This document shows, piece after piece, positions 49,435 through 59,530 of a DNA stretch of 64,000 nucleotides. The notes beneath the pieces are model-generated. The model was not told the DNA's origin. It did no database searches and saw only the letters and a list, made by a program, of their open reading frames with translations. The stretch's first letter is position 1. The number at the start of each line of letters is the position of its first letter. Position numbers and translations under genes: made by a program. Source of the stretch: Trypanosoma brucei (lineage: Eukaryota); contig CP000069.1 of NCBI GenBank assembly GCA_000002445.1, positions 1,312,001 to 1,376,000 on the forward strand. The letters are read 5' to 3'.

Positions 49435-50628
49435 ATGTCCGTGCGCCAGATATTCTTCACGTCGGAGCATGTGAGTGAAGGTCACCCCGATAAACTATGC
49501 GATCAGGTGTCGGATGCCGTACTGGATGCATGCCTTGAGCAGGACCCGCTCTCTAAGGTTGCATGCGAGACGTGCTCAAAGACGGGGATGGTGCTTGTGT
49601 TTGGTGAGATCACAACGAAGGCTGTGATTGACTACCAGAAGGTCGTACGTGACACGGTTAAGGAGATCGGCTTCGATAACACTGAGAAGGGGTTGGACTA
49701 CCGTTCACTGAACCTGCTTGTGGCCGTTGAGCAACAATCACCCGATATTTACCAGGGCCTCGGTGACTTTGGCGGGGAGAACCTCGGTGCTGGAGACCAG
49801 GGCATGATGTTTGGTTATGCGACGAATGAGACGGAGACACTAATGCCACTCTCTTACGAACTTGCGCGCGGTCTTGCAATGACATACAGCGAGTTGCGAC
49901 GCAATGGTGGTCTTCCGTGGGCGCGCCCCGACGCTAAGACGCAAGTGACAGTGCAGTACGAATATGACACCCGCGGTGGCAAGCAGTTGCTGACACCTAA
50001 GCGAGTGGCTGTGATTCTTGTTTCTGCCCAGCATGACGACGGTGTGTCAAATGAAACCATCCGCGAGGACCTGGTGAAGAAGGTAATCAGCACCACCATT
50101 CCCGCGAAGTTCCTCGATGAGAACACCAAATATCACTTGAACCCATCTGGGCGTTTCGTCATCGGTGGCCCACATGGTGACGCTGGGTTAACTGGTCGCA
50201 AGATAATTGTTGACACGTATGGCGGTTGGGGTGCCCATGGTGGTGGCGCGTTTTCTGGCAAGGATCCCTCGAAGGTGGACCGGTCGGCAGCGTATGCTGC
50301 TCGCTGGATTGCGAAGTCTCTGGTGGCCGCAGGTCTTGCAGATCGGTGCCTTGTACAACTTTCGTACGCCATTGGAGTTGCGGAACCGCTCAATATCCAT
50401 GTCGACACATATGGCACTGGTAAGCGCGATGACGAGTATATATTGGGTATTGTGCAGAAAAACTTCCGACTGCGCCCGTACGACATAATCAAGGAACTTG
50501 ATCTTCGTCGGCCGATATACCGCCAGACTGCCTGTTTCGGGCACTTTGGGCGTGTGGACACGAACGGGAAGGGAGGATTCACGTGGGAGGTGCCCAAAAC
50601 ACTAGAGGGTCTTAGTGACGTGCAGTAG
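49435..50628 (+). CDS. METK1: S-adenosylmethionine synthetase, array copy 9 (last); downstream sequence diverges from the repeat after ~50727
   Basis: Identical translation to copy 1. The 3' flank shares about 100 bp with the other units and then becomes unique AT-rich sequence with (TA)n tracts. Confidence 0.92.
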   Translation: MSVRQIFFTSEHVSEGHPDKLCDQVSDAVLDACLEQDPLSKVACETCSKTGMVLVFGEITTKAVIDYQKVVRDTVKEIGFDNTEKGLDYRSLNLLVAVEQQSPDIYQGLGDFGGENLGAGDQGMMFGYATNETETLMPLSYELARGLAMTYSELRRNGGLPWARPDAKTQVTVQYEYDTRGGKQLLTPKRVAVILVSAQHDDGVSNETIREDLVKKVISTTIPAKFLDENTKYHLNPSGRFVIGGPHGDAGLTGRKIIVDTYGGWGAHGGGAFSGKDPSKVDRSAAYAARWIAKSLVAAGLADRCLVQLSYAIGVAEPLNIHVDTYGTGKRDDEYILGIVQKNFRLRPYDIIKELDLRRPIYRQTACFGHFGRVDTNGKGGFTWEVPKTLEGLSDVQ

Positions 50629-50920
50629 TGTGTACTGCGCACGAATAATCAGGCACACCTCCTTGCCCATCCTCACTGTTTGCGAGTAACTGCTCGCTTC
50701 CCGCCGAGTGGGTTCCTGTTGGTAACAACTTTATTTGTTATATAGGAGAGGGCATTGTTTTTTAAATTAATATTTTTTTTGTTAATATATATATATATAT
50801 ATATATATATTTTAAATTTTTTGTCTCTATGTTTTTTTTTCTGCTGTTATAATATATATATATATATATATGTATAATTTTTTTCTTTAAAAATTTTAGG
50901 GTTTTCGTTCTGCTGTTTTT

Positions 50921-51664
50921 ATGCTGGTTTCGTACTTGCGTCTGCAGGCAGACAGGCGCACAAGGCATCATATGATGGTTGATGGGCAAATAAATCCTCG
51001 CGAGTGGTTTAATTGGCATCCGAAAGAGTATCAGCCATGGTACTTTGATCGGCACAAATTTCTTTATGAGCAGCGGCAGTATGCACAGTTTCATCATTTA
51101 CTGTGTCACCAGGTGTATTTGAAAGATATGCTTCATCTCATGCGTTACCCAGAGCCTTATACTCATATTATCGACTGTCGTACGTCTACGCAAAAGATGC
51201 ATCGATGGGTTCCTCACAGTCTATGGTTACCTCGCGATGAGGTTGAATATGCTTTGCAGTTGAGTGCTGATGAATTTCTTGATATGTATGGGTTCAGGAA
51301 ACCAGACAAGTCAGATGATGTTATACTTTTGTCTCATAATGGAATTTACTCGGAGCAAGCCGGGTGGGAGTGGAAAAAGCAGTTTTTCCAACATGTGTAT
51401 AACTATCGTGGGGGGACTAACGAGTTGTTTGGTGAGTCTTATAGTGATATGAACGTTAGTGACGTGTTGTCTCCGTGGAAGGGCCCTTTTCCTCAGAGTG
51501 GAGTGTTTGTTGACAAGTGGAGCAAGAGGAAAGTGTTGACACGGACGGGACCGTTTGATCGTCAGTACGAGATGCAGGACTTTGCGTTGCCGGACCTTGA
51601 ACTGGAGAAGGCAAGGCATCCTGAAGAAGGTCCGCGGCAGAACATGCCTTTCGGTCTTCAGTGA
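50921..51664 (+). CDS. Rhodanese-like domain protein, 247 aa, predicted catalytically inactive (Ser in place of the active-site Cys)
   Basis: Real ATG at 50921. The rhodanese fold pattern is present (THIIDCRTSTQKMHRWVPHSLWLP ... DDVILLSHNGIYSEQAGWEWKK ... VYNYRGGTNELFG). The position normally occupied by the catalytic Cys in the CxxGxR loop reads LLSHNG. Confidence 0.5.
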   Translation: MLVSYLRLQADRRTRHHMMVDGQINPREWFNWHPKEYQPWYFDRHKFLYEQRQYAQFHHLLCHQVYLKDMLHLMRYPEPYTHIIDCRTSTQKMHRWVPHSLWLPRDEVEYALQLSADEFLDMYGFRKPDKSDDVILLSHNGIYSEQAGWEWKKQFFQHVYNYRGGTNELFGESYSDMNVSDVLSPWKGPFPQSGVFVDKWSKRKVLTRTGPFDRQYEMQDFALPDLELEKARHPEEGPRQNMPFGLQ

Positions 51665-51772
51665 GCTCTTTTACTTGTTGATAACGAGGTGGGGTTTCGT
51701 GGTTGCTATGTTTCTCTACAGTCTGCAATGTGTTTTACCGAGTCCTACTGTTTCCACTCTCTGTGGTAGGTG

Positions 51773-53182
51773 ATGAGGCCACGATGTGGCTACGCAAACG
51801 CCGTGGTCACTTTTTCGTCGTTGCCATGTTTGTTGACAACGTTCTGCTTCGGTGCGGAGACTTGTGGCGCATTTACTGCGGCGATAGTGTGCCCACAGCG
51901 ATGGTGCGCGGCGTTAGGTGAAAGGAGGTTGAGCCGAAGGCGTTACTCCGCGGCAAACACAAAAGGACGGTGCAAACACGTTTATAACATCATTAATTCA
52001 TTGAAACTGGTTCCCAAAGCGGTGCTCGCTTCAGAATTTGATAAATTGCATCCACGGGATAAGTTGGACGTGAAACGGGCGCTCGTACGAAGACGTAGCC
52101 GTCGGAGTAGTTGTTTGCCTGTTTTTAAAAGTGCGTTGTTCAATAGAAAGTACTTTTTCAGGGAGGCAGATCTAACGGAAGATAGTACGCTCGGTCGTGG
52201 TCCTGGGGGGCAGGCAACGAACAGGCGGAAACAGACGGCTATTGTGAAGCATGTGCCAACTGGAATTACCGTGAAGTTCAGCAAGTTTCCCTCTTACTGG
52301 CTTAACAGGAGGGCTGCACGGGATGTCCTCAACCTGCAGCTGGAGGAACGTATGCTCGGGTCGAAATCGGAGCTCGGCCGTATACGGGATCTGCGAGAGA
52401 GGCGGCGTTTGTGGCGGCTCAGAACAACGTGTAAATTAGTAGAAAGGGCAAGTAAAATCGCTGCAAAACGTAGTCAGAGACATGAGTTCCATTCCGTACT
52501 TACCAACCAACAACCCCTTTCCCGCGTGGCGGTTCTGCAGTTGGACCTTGACCAAAGTAAACAGCCGATGTACTTGTCTGACCTCTTCGATAGGGAGTGC
52601 GGGCAGTGGTGGCCGTTGCTTTCGAAAGCCTTCGTGAGAATAAATGCTGAATCATCGAATGAAAAAAGCGCTAAAGTACCGGATATATTGTTCTACACGT
52701 TCCCTTCAGTTCGCAGGCACGGCGAAAGTGTAACTTCCGTCGAGCAGTATGAGATGAACCAGGTTAAAAAATGTGCCGCCGATGAAGTATGCCTCGCGAA
52801 TGTGAAACGTGCGTTGAAGTGCTTTGTTGAACTGTTTGGTCTTCGGTTGTACGAGAAGCCAACGACAACCGCAAAAAACTGTAGTGTTTTGGTGCTCGGA
52901 CGTGACGGTCTCAACTGGATGGAGTTCCGGGGGAGGATGGTGGATTCAAGTGGTTTGATGACCCCATTAGCACTTGCTTGCTTTGCTCATGTGACATTGA
53001 GTCTTGCACAGCTTCGGTGTGCGCGTGAGGTGAATGCAATCCGGTCCTTCTTTCGTCGCGAAGCAAAAGCAGGGGTGCCGGGGAAATGGGCAGTACAGGG
53101 TCAAGAGGGGATTACTGAGGTGTTAAGGTGCTGTGAGCTCCATGAAGAGCATCACCCGACTGGCGTGGACGGTGTTGTGTAA
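51773..53182 (+). CDS. GGQ-motif protein of the class-I release factor / peptidyl-tRNA hydrolase (RF-1 domain, ICT1-like) family with a long basic C-terminal extension, 469 aa; possibly mitochondrial
   Basis: The ORF track starts at GTG 51770. ATG 51773 was checked. The core DSTLGRGPGGQATNRRKQTAIVKHVPTGITVKFSKFPSYWLNRRAARDVLNLQLEERM carries the universally conserved GGQ and the basic helix that follows it. The N-terminus is Arg-rich, like a mitochondrial presequence. Confidence 0.55.
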   Translation: MRPRCGYANAVVTFSSLPCLLTTFCFGAETCGAFTAAIVCPQRWCAALGERRLSRRRYSAANTKGRCKHVYNIINSLKLVPKAVLASEFDKLHPRDKLDVKRALVRRRSRRSSCLPVFKSALFNRKYFFREADLTEDSTLGRGPGGQATNRRKQTAIVKHVPTGITVKFSKFPSYWLNRRAARDVLNLQLEERMLGSKSELGRIRDLRERRRLWRLRTTCKLVERASKIAAKRSQRHEFHSVLTNQQPLSRVAVLQLDLDQSKQPMYLSDLFDRECGQWWPLLSKAFVRINAESSNEKSAKVPDILFYTFPSVRRHGESVTSVEQYEMNQVKKCAADEVCLANVKRALKCFVELFGLRLYEKPTTTAKNCSVLVLGRDGLNWMEFRGRMVDSSGLMTPLALACFAHVTLSLAQLRCAREVNAIRSFFRREAKAGVPGKWAVQGQEGITEVLRCCELHEEHHPTGVDGVV

Positions 53183-53427
53183 CCACACGGCTTGCAGTTG
53201 TGGTGGTTGTTTTCTTATCAATTGTCGTGAGTTTCTTGAGTGCGTTTCCCCTCTCCCTCTCCCTCTCCCTTTTCTTCTCTCTGTCTGCTTCGAGCCTGCT
53301 ACCGCTCTCCGTCCTATCCTCTCCAAAGCATATGCTTCCTTGCTCGATTTTGATGGTCTAGCAATTCTGTGGTTTTGAAGAACCAGGTTGTATATTTTTT
53401 TGCCCTTTTCTTACCATCAAGACGGTG

Positions 53428-53931
53428 ATGCAAGCGGAAGAGACCACAGCCGTAGAGGTTCTTCAAGACGCCCCAGTACAAGAGACCATGCAGTCTTGTC
53501 TTCACTATGTCCGATACTTTGCTGGCCACACGGGTCGTTATGGAAACGAGTTTCTGGAGTTTGACATACGAGATGACGGCACGTTGAAGTATGGAAATAA
53601 CAGCCGTTACCGAAACGAGAATATCATCAAGAAGCAAGCGCGTATCTCACCTGCCGTTTTGGAGGAGATCAAACGTCTCATTATCCTCTCTGGAATTCTA
53701 GAACGCGACGATGAATGTTGGCCACAACCGGACCGGAACGGGCGACAAGAGCTCGAGATACACCTTGGAGACACCCACATTTCATTTGTAACCAACAAAA
53801 TAACTTCTTTAAGTGAAGTTGAGAGCCCTGACAAACCCAAGGGACTGGACACCTTCTACTATTTTGTGCGAGATATTAAAGCACTGGTACTTGCGCTTGT
53901 TTCGCTGCATTTTAAAATCAAGGCGTGGTAG
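53428..53931 (+). CDS. MAGO: Mago nashi homologue (exon-junction complex core subunit). It is 167 aa from the first ATG, but the conserved Mago core begins at the internal ATG 53488 (147 aa).
   Basis: The translation aligns along its whole length with animal Mago/MAGOH. Compare [55 protein letters not shown]...[32 protein letters not shown]...[29 protein letters not shown] with human [43 protein letters not shown]...[32 protein letters not shown]...[29 protein letters not shown]. Confidence 0.85.
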   Translation: MQAEETTAVEVLQDAPVQETMQSCLHYVRYFAGHTGRYGNEFLEFDIRDDGTLKYGNNSRYRNENIIKKQARISPAVLEEIKRLIILSGILERDDECWPQPDRNGRQELEIHLGDTHISFVTNKITSLSEVESPDKPKGLDTFYYFVRDIKALVLALVSLHFKIKAW

Positions 53932-54187
53932 TCTGATGAGACGGAGTCTGATAACAGGTGTGGCTGTGAGTCTGAATCACTCGCTGATTCTTTGCCTTTT
54001 TTTCCAGGGCCGGAGGAACGAAAAGGGGTGAATGCGACTTGTTGCGGATCTGAAATTGGATACGACCCGCGTCATACCATCACACTATGTGTTTGCTACC
54101 ATCACGGCTTTGGACTCCACTGTTCTTCATTTCGCCTCTTTGTTTTTTCTGTTGCTGTTATTGTCTTTTTGCAGCTTAGCGATAGCG

Positions 54188-54973
54188 ATGTCATTTACGG
54201 CTAACTCTGGCAACTCGCCAATGTCGCAGATGAGTCCCCTCTCGCAGCCGTACACTTCACCTCAGATGCTCCCCCAGTCGTCGCTCCGTCCTACCGCACC
54301 ACCATTTACACTCTCCGGCACGGAGGACCAACCCACTGCTGGCGCTCCCATTCGGAAGGGAGGCACAGACCCTACGAGGTACAAAACAACGATATGCCGC
54401 AATTGGGAAATGGGTTCGTGTTCGTTTAAAGGTTGTACATTTGCTCACGGTGAGGAGGAGCTGCGAATGCCACCTCGGGTGGAACGCTACAAGAGCTCAG
54501 GTTTTGATACGCGGCGTTCCTTGACCGCAGAAACTCCGCCGCTGTATCCATTGAATCCCTTGCCACACAGCGGCGTGGGCCGGATCGAGCATTTACTCAA
54601 CATGTTGTACTCAGAGGTACTTCGGGAGCGAAACCGCTTTGTTGCACACGAGGAAGCGAATCAGGCGCTCGAGGCCCTGCTCAAGAAGGAGCAAATGCAG
54701 CGTGAAGAAACCGAAGTTCAGTTGGAAGCTGCAAGATGGAAGCTGGAGCAACTGAGGACTACGGTGCACGAAGCTAGTGTCGAAATCAACACCCTTCTTG
54801 CCTCCTCCCCTGCCAATGAGGAATTGCGCGACCGAGTTGCTATGGTGACGCAGAAGATTGCCAGCGTTTTCTCTTCTGAAGACACTGCTGTAGGTGGAGG
54901 TCGTGAGGATGAAGAAAGAGTTATGAAACTGCTTAGTTCATTGCAAAACTGTCAGAGCACGGAAGACATGTGA
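54188..54973 (+). CDS. CCCH zinc finger protein (one C-x7-C-x4-C-x3-H finger, YKTTICRNWEMGSCSFKGCTFAHGEEEL) with a C-terminal coiled-coil-like region, 261 aa
   Basis: The ORF track starts at 54032 and runs through a T-rich tract. ATG 54188-54190 (MSFTANSGNSPMSQ...) was checked. The finger spacing is read from the translation. The TICRNWE...C..G.CTFAHG context resembles TIS11-type fingers. Confidence 0.55.
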   Translation: MSFTANSGNSPMSQMSPLSQPYTSPQMLPQSSLRPTAPPFTLSGTEDQPTAGAPIRKGGTDPTRYKTTICRNWEMGSCSFKGCTFAHGEEELRMPPRVERYKSSGFDTRRSLTAETPPLYPLNPLPHSGVGRIEHLLNMLYSEVLRERNRFVAHEEANQALEALLKKEQMQREETEVQLEAARWKLEQLRTTVHEASVEINTLLASSPANEELRDRVAMVTQKIASVFSSEDTAVGGGREDEERVMKLLSSLQNCQSTEDM

Positions 54974-55565
54974 GCATACCCAACGTGCAATATATCTGGC
55001 TGTACGCACTGGGTTGAAACTGTTTTCGGCGAGAAGAGTTCTTATTTGAGTCAGTGGTTCGCACTTTACTAACTAATATATTCCCCCCCCTTTCGTAATA
55101 CAACACATATATATATAGACATATGTTTATATATATATACACATATCTATTTATTTATTTATTCATGTACTTATCGCGCGCTGAGCGTTACATTGTAAAG
55201 TAGGCGTGGGATACTGCATAAACATGTAGCCCTGCCAAAAAAGTAATCAGTAATAATAGGCGAGAGGAATGGAATATAACACGTTTATTTAATATTTTGA
55301 ATCAGCTGATGAATAATACCGCATTTTGAATACCCTCGCATTTATTTATTTTTTTTTTCACCTATTTATCTTACAAATGGCAAAAGCATATTGGCTAGTG
55401 ACGGCGAAGGGAGCAGCGCGCATTGACCCGTCGACCTTTCCTCAAGTTCATACACATAAATAAATAAACATATTCATCTATATCTGTATAGGCATATAGA
55501 TATTCTACATTTATTATATATAGAGTAGCGTCGACAAGGCGTGTAAAGGGGCCGTACCTAGTCTA

Positions 55566-57737
55566 ATGCCCCGACCCGACAGAAGAGCAAAATATGGGAG
55601 GAGAGCGCAAAATAAAATAACAACGGGGGGTGGCGGTGCAAAGAGAAAGTCGAAACCCATAGCGCCACACGTTGAAAAAGATGGTATTGACATTAATGCA
55701 CTGTTGGAGGAAATCGAGCGTAACGACTCGCCGGCCGAGGAGAAGGTGCCCAAAGAGACCACGAAAAAATCGCGGAGGAGGCGCAAAGCCGAAAAAGTAG
55801 AAGGTCTTGCGGTAAAACCCGGAACCACAGTCGCGCAAGCCCGAATGCTAGCAAGTAAAATGCAGCAAAGGCACTCCGCTTCCACGAATGGGCCCAGTCA
55901 GCCTGCCCATCAGAGATCAGAAGAGGACGAAGATGAGGACGACGATGATGAGGAACAGGACGGTAGCGGTGAGGACTACAGCGATATAGCAAATGAGCGA
56001 CCGAGTGAATATCGTAAGGGAGGCTACCACCCAGTCGTGGTGGGCGAAGTTTACAATCAACGCTATCGAGTTGTGCGTAAACTCGGATGGGGTTACTTCT
56101 CCACTGTGTGGCTCGTTTGGGATTATGTGGAGAAAGTGTTTCAAGCTATGAAGGTGCAGAAGTCGGCCAAGCACTACACAGAAGCGGCGTATGACGAGAT
56201 CAAACTACTCGGAGAGATCATGACTGCAGATCCAGAAAAAGTCCGTCGGTGTGCGCGGTTAAATGATCACTTTGAGCAGCAGGGGCCGAACGGAAAGCAC
56301 GTTTGCATGGTGTTCGACGTCTATGGGGAGGATCTACTTTCATTGATCGAACGCTATAAGTACCATGGTGTCCCGCTGCCGATAGTTAAGTGTATTTCCA
56401 GACAAATCCTCATAGGGTTGGAACATGTGCATTCTTTGGATATCATTCATACGGATCTAAAACCAGAGAACGTGCTACTCTCGGCACCAAAACACGCCAT
56501 CGTATCCCAAATGAAACGTTTTAAGCCTCCTCCGCTCCACGACCGACCGTCTTTGGTGAAACGCGACCCCAAAACAATGACCAAGTCTCAACGCCGTCGC
56601 TACTACAAAAAACTTCGCGCTGCGGGAAAGGGTAAGGACAGTGCCGAGGGGAATGAAGAGCAGAATGATGATGAGGACATTGCAAGGGAGGTCCACGTCG
56701 ACCCTAACGAGGCTGCACCGCAACAAAGTGAGAAAGAACCGTTGAGCGAAACGGATTCTGAGTGGGAAGTTGAACGCCTTCATCATGTAGTGCTGGCGGA
56801 TTTTGGTAATAGCTGCTGGACGTACAGACAGTTTACGGATGAAGTTCAAACTCGTCAATACCGTTCCCCAGAAGTCATATTGGGTTATCCTTACTCCACC
56901 TCAATTGATTTGTGGTCTGCCGCCTGTATGATCTTCGAGCTGATCACGGGTGAGTTTCTGTTTGACCCACGAAAGGGATCTGACTATTCCCGTGATGAAG
57001 ATCATTTAGCTTTGATCTCTGAGTTACTTGGAGTACTACCGGTAAGTATGCGGCTAGGTGATGGGAAGTACCGCGCTCAGTACTACAACTCACGGGGTGA
57101 ACTTCGTAGCATAAAGGATCTTAATTTCTGGGGCTTGGAGGATGTTCTCTACCGAAAACACAAGTTCACACGCAAAAAAGCGAAAGAAATAGCGGAGTTC
57201 CTTTTACCAATGCTCGAATTGGAACCTCATAATCGAGCAACAGCCACCGATATGCTTAATAATTTTCAGCACTTTTTTGAGGTACAAGAGGATGATTACG
57301 CACCACTTTGCTTCGTACCTTCTTCGGATGATCACCGTGGTGGGGAGCGGAGCTCAGGAAATATGGAGGAGTCAGAGTTCAGCGATACCTTTGAAGAAAC
57401 CGATGACTACGATCGCTCCCGAAGACTCGACAGAACGTATGATGCAATGGAAGATTCTCTGAGCAGGCAGGACGAGGAGACTGCACGGTATTTGGCTGGT
57501 CATTCCCTGCTCAACGAGGCATCCTTGGCAAAACGTGGGTTAACAATTTTAGATATTCAAGCCGTTCTATCCGGGCAACAACTGGAGGATGAGGAAAGGC
57601 AAGCTGCTGCCACTGAAATTATTCGTCTTCTCTCAGAGGAAGCGGATGACAGCAGCGATGGACACTGCGCAGACAGGGAAGACGGGGATTCAAACTCATC
57701 TGTAGATGAATCTGACAGCAGCTGCACTAATGACTAA
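55566..57737 (+). CDS. SRPK1: Serine/arginine-rich protein-specific kinase (SRPK family), 723 aa, kinase domain split by a long spacer
   Basis: Real ATG at 55566. Subdomain I-II: YHPVVVGEVYNQRYRVVRKLGWGYFSTVWLVWD...AMKVQK. Catalytic loop HTDLKPENVLL. A highly charged insert of about 100 aa follows. Then ADFGNSCW...TRQYRSPEVILGYPYSTSIDLWSAACMIFELITGEFLFDP. This bipartite layout is the SRPK hallmark. Confidence 0.85.
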   Translation: MPRPDRRAKYGRRAQNKITTGGGGAKRKSKPIAPHVEKDGIDINALLEEIERNDSPAEEKVPKETTKKSRRRRKAEKVEGLAVKPGTTVAQARMLASKMQQRHSASTNGPSQPAHQRSEEDEDEDDDDEEQDGSGEDYSDIANERPSEYRKGGYHPVVVGEVYNQRYRVVRKLGWGYFSTVWLVWDYVEKVFQAMKVQKSAKHYTEAAYDEIKLLGEIMTADPEKVRRCARLNDHFEQQGPNGKHVCMVFDVYGEDLLSLIERYKYHGVPLPIVKCISRQILIGLEHVHSLDIIHTDLKPENVLLSAPKHAIVSQMKRFKPPPLHDRPSLVKRDPKTMTKSQRRRYYKKLRAAGKGKDSAEGNEEQNDDEDIAREVHVDPNEAAPQQSEKEPLSETDSEWEVERLHHVVLADFGNSCWTYRQFTDEVQTRQYRSPEVILGYPYSTSIDLWSAACMIFELITGEFLFDPRKGSDYSRDEDHLALISELLGVLPVSMRLGDGKYRAQYYNSRGELRSIKDLNFWGLEDVLYRKHKFTRKKAKEIAEFLLPMLELEPHNRATATDMLNNFQHFFEVQEDDYAPLCFVPSSDDHRGGERSSGNMEESEFSDTFEETDDYDRSRRLDRTYDAMEDSLSRQDEETARYLAGHSLLNEASLAKRGLTILDIQAVLSGQQLEDEERQAAATEIIRLLSEEADDSSDGHCADREDGDSNSSVDESDSSCTND

Positions 57738-58238
57738 AATAAGGATCGGCAACAAAAAACATACACACGTACATATATATATATATATACTTTTCCAACA
57801 TACGTTATTGGGCTGCGGATCGTGAATAACAGTGAGGGAGATAGCATGAAGGTGTTATGAGGTGTGAAACAAATTTTATGTTGGAGCGCAACACGGCGCT
57901 TCTCAGGATTTGTCCACATTAATATTATTGACGATGTTGTTATTCCCCTTCCAGAGGTTTTCTCGTTTTTAACTTGTGGCCAGTCACAAATTAATCTTCC
58001 AAGGCGCTTTACGGTACCCTGTAGGGGGACCGAATGTGACATCCATATCCCGCAAAATAAGTTCTTTGTTGTCTTGCATGGATGCGCATGCCTCTAAATT
58101 TGTTACTCGTCCGATTAAGAGAGGGAGAGAGGGTGGTATACCATTGGTGTCGGGCGTTTTGACATTGCTTCTTTTTTTTTTTTTTTAAGATTCTTTCCCT
58201 TTCCCTTTTTTTTATTAACGGTTCAGTGTTTCAAAGGT

Positions 58239-58673
58239 ATGTCCAAGAAACAAGAGGTGAAGTACTACGGCTCCAGCGCGGGGAAGGACCAGCTGGTTTA
58301 TGGCGTTGTGCACATCTATGCATCCTTCAACGACACCTTCGTTCATGTCACTGACATGTCTGGTCGTGAAACATTCTGCAAGGTGACAGGAGGTATGAAG
58401 GTAAAAGCAGATCGCGATGAAAGCTCACCATACGCTGCGATGATGGCTGCTCAGGATGTTGTTGCCCGTTGCAAGGAGTGCGGCATTAACGCTCTGCACG
58501 TGAAGATGCGCGCCACTGGTGGTGTTGGCACTAAAAGCCCCGGGCCTGGCGCTCAGGCCGCCCTCCGTGCACTCGCCCGTGCAGGCATGAAGATTGGCCG
58601 CATTGAAGACGTCACACCGGTGCCAACGGACTCCACTCGCCGCAAAGGTTCCCGTCGTGGCCGCCGCTTGTAG
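58239..58673 (+). CDS. RPS14: 40S ribosomal protein S14 (uS11), 144 aa
   Basis: Real ATG at 58239. Near-universal uS11 sequence: [26 protein letters not shown]...[94 protein letters not shown]. Confidence 0.92.
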   Translation: MSKKQEVKYYGSSAGKDQLVYGVVHIYASFNDTFVHVTDMSGRETFCKVTGGMKVKADRDESSPYAAMMAAQDVVARCKECGINALHVKMRATGGVGTKSPGPGAQAALRALARAGMKIGRIEDVTPVPTDSTRRKGSRRGRRL

Positions 58674-58981
58674 ACATACGGAACACAAAACCACACCAGT
58701 GGCTATTTTTGTTTTGTTTTAGTGGTAATTTGCCGCGAACTGATAATTTTATAGTGAGAATTTTCTTTCCGTGTCGTTATTCACGGTGTTGGCGCGACAC
58801 ATTTTGAACCTGGAGCTGGTGAAGAAGAAGGAGCAGTACTCCCCTGCTCTTCACCAGCTCTTGCAGTGTGACTTGTTTTGTTTTACACCGAAATCGCTTC
58901 TTCTCTTTCTTTCTTTCTTGCCCAACGCCCTTTCTCCTCGTCGATCCGATAACAAAAAGGAAAGGAAAGGGTTCGTCATTC

Positions 58982-59530
58982 ATGTTTCGCACGTTCGGTC
59001 GGCGGCTTGTATCCTGCACGCTTCCCCTACTTCAATCGGCACCTCATGATCTGCCAGAGGGATTTGAGTTTATGGAGCACAAGGTTGTAAACAAGGACAT
59101 TCATGCTCCGCATGAAAATCTTGAAACCCTCCGGTTAACTCTTACCCGCCAGGACGAATTCCTTTTGCGTGAAGAGCCCGTCAAGTGCGTAACTGTAACG
59201 GGAACCAACGGCGAATACGGTATCTATCCCGGGCACGCGTATAAAATTGTTCAGCTTAACCCCTCTCCTCTCACAGTGGAGTACACGGATGGGACCACAA
59301 AGAAGTACTTTGTTAGCGGTGGATTTGCGCACATAAACAATGAGGGATCGTGTGATGTCAACACTGTGGAATGCACTCTGCTGGATGATTTGGACCTTGC
59401 CATCGCTGAAAAGGAGCTTGCGGCACAACAGGCAGCGTTAGGGTCGGCGAAAGATGACAAGGCGAAGTCTGTTGTTGAAATTCGCATATCTGTCATTGAG
59501 GCTGTTATTGCTGCCCTAAAACACCACTAG
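58982..59530 (+). CDS. Mitochondrial F1 ATP synthase delta subunit (homologue of bacterial epsilon), 182 aa
   Basis: The ORF track starts at GTG 58868. ATG 58982 (MFRTFGRRLVSCTLPLL..., presequence-like) was checked. Family signature VTVTGTNGEYGIYPGHAYKIVQLNPSPLTVEY followed by a C-terminal helical hairpin (AIAEKELAAQQAALGSAKDDKAKSVVEIRISVIEAVIAALK). Confidence 0.75.
   Translation: MFRTFGRRLVSCTLPLLQSAPHDLPEGFEFMEHKVVNKDIHAPHENLETLRLTLTRQDEFLLREEPVKCVTVTGTNGEYGIYPGHAYKIVQLNPSPLTVEYTDGTTKKYFVSGGFAHINNEGSCDVNTVECTLLDDLDLAIAEKELAAQQAALGSAKDDKAKSVVEIRISVIEAVIAALKHH

Larger units (their letters stand above)
32458..50727 (+). repeat. Head-to-tail tandem gene array: 9 units of ~2104-2106 bp, each holding a 1194-bp METK CDS plus a 912-bp spacer with its own polypyrimidine tract and (TA)n microsatellite
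   Basis: ATG-to-ATG spacings are 2106, 2106, 2104, 2106, 2106, 2105, 2104 and 2104 bp. The 5' boundary is where copy 1's upstream sequence (tttgctcttttcctct|caattcctctccc) departs from the consensus (ttttttttaccct|caattcctctccc). The 3' boundary is where ggtaacaac|acccgcc becomes ggtaacaac|tttatttg. Confidence 0.9.

Noticed and set aside
32458-50727. A regularly spaced repeat array, considered as CRISPR, satellite or transposon array
   Set aside because: Units are 2.1 kb and each contains a full protein-coding gene. There are no short direct repeats with unique spacers and no terminal inverted repeats or transposase. This is a eukaryotic tandem gene amplification.
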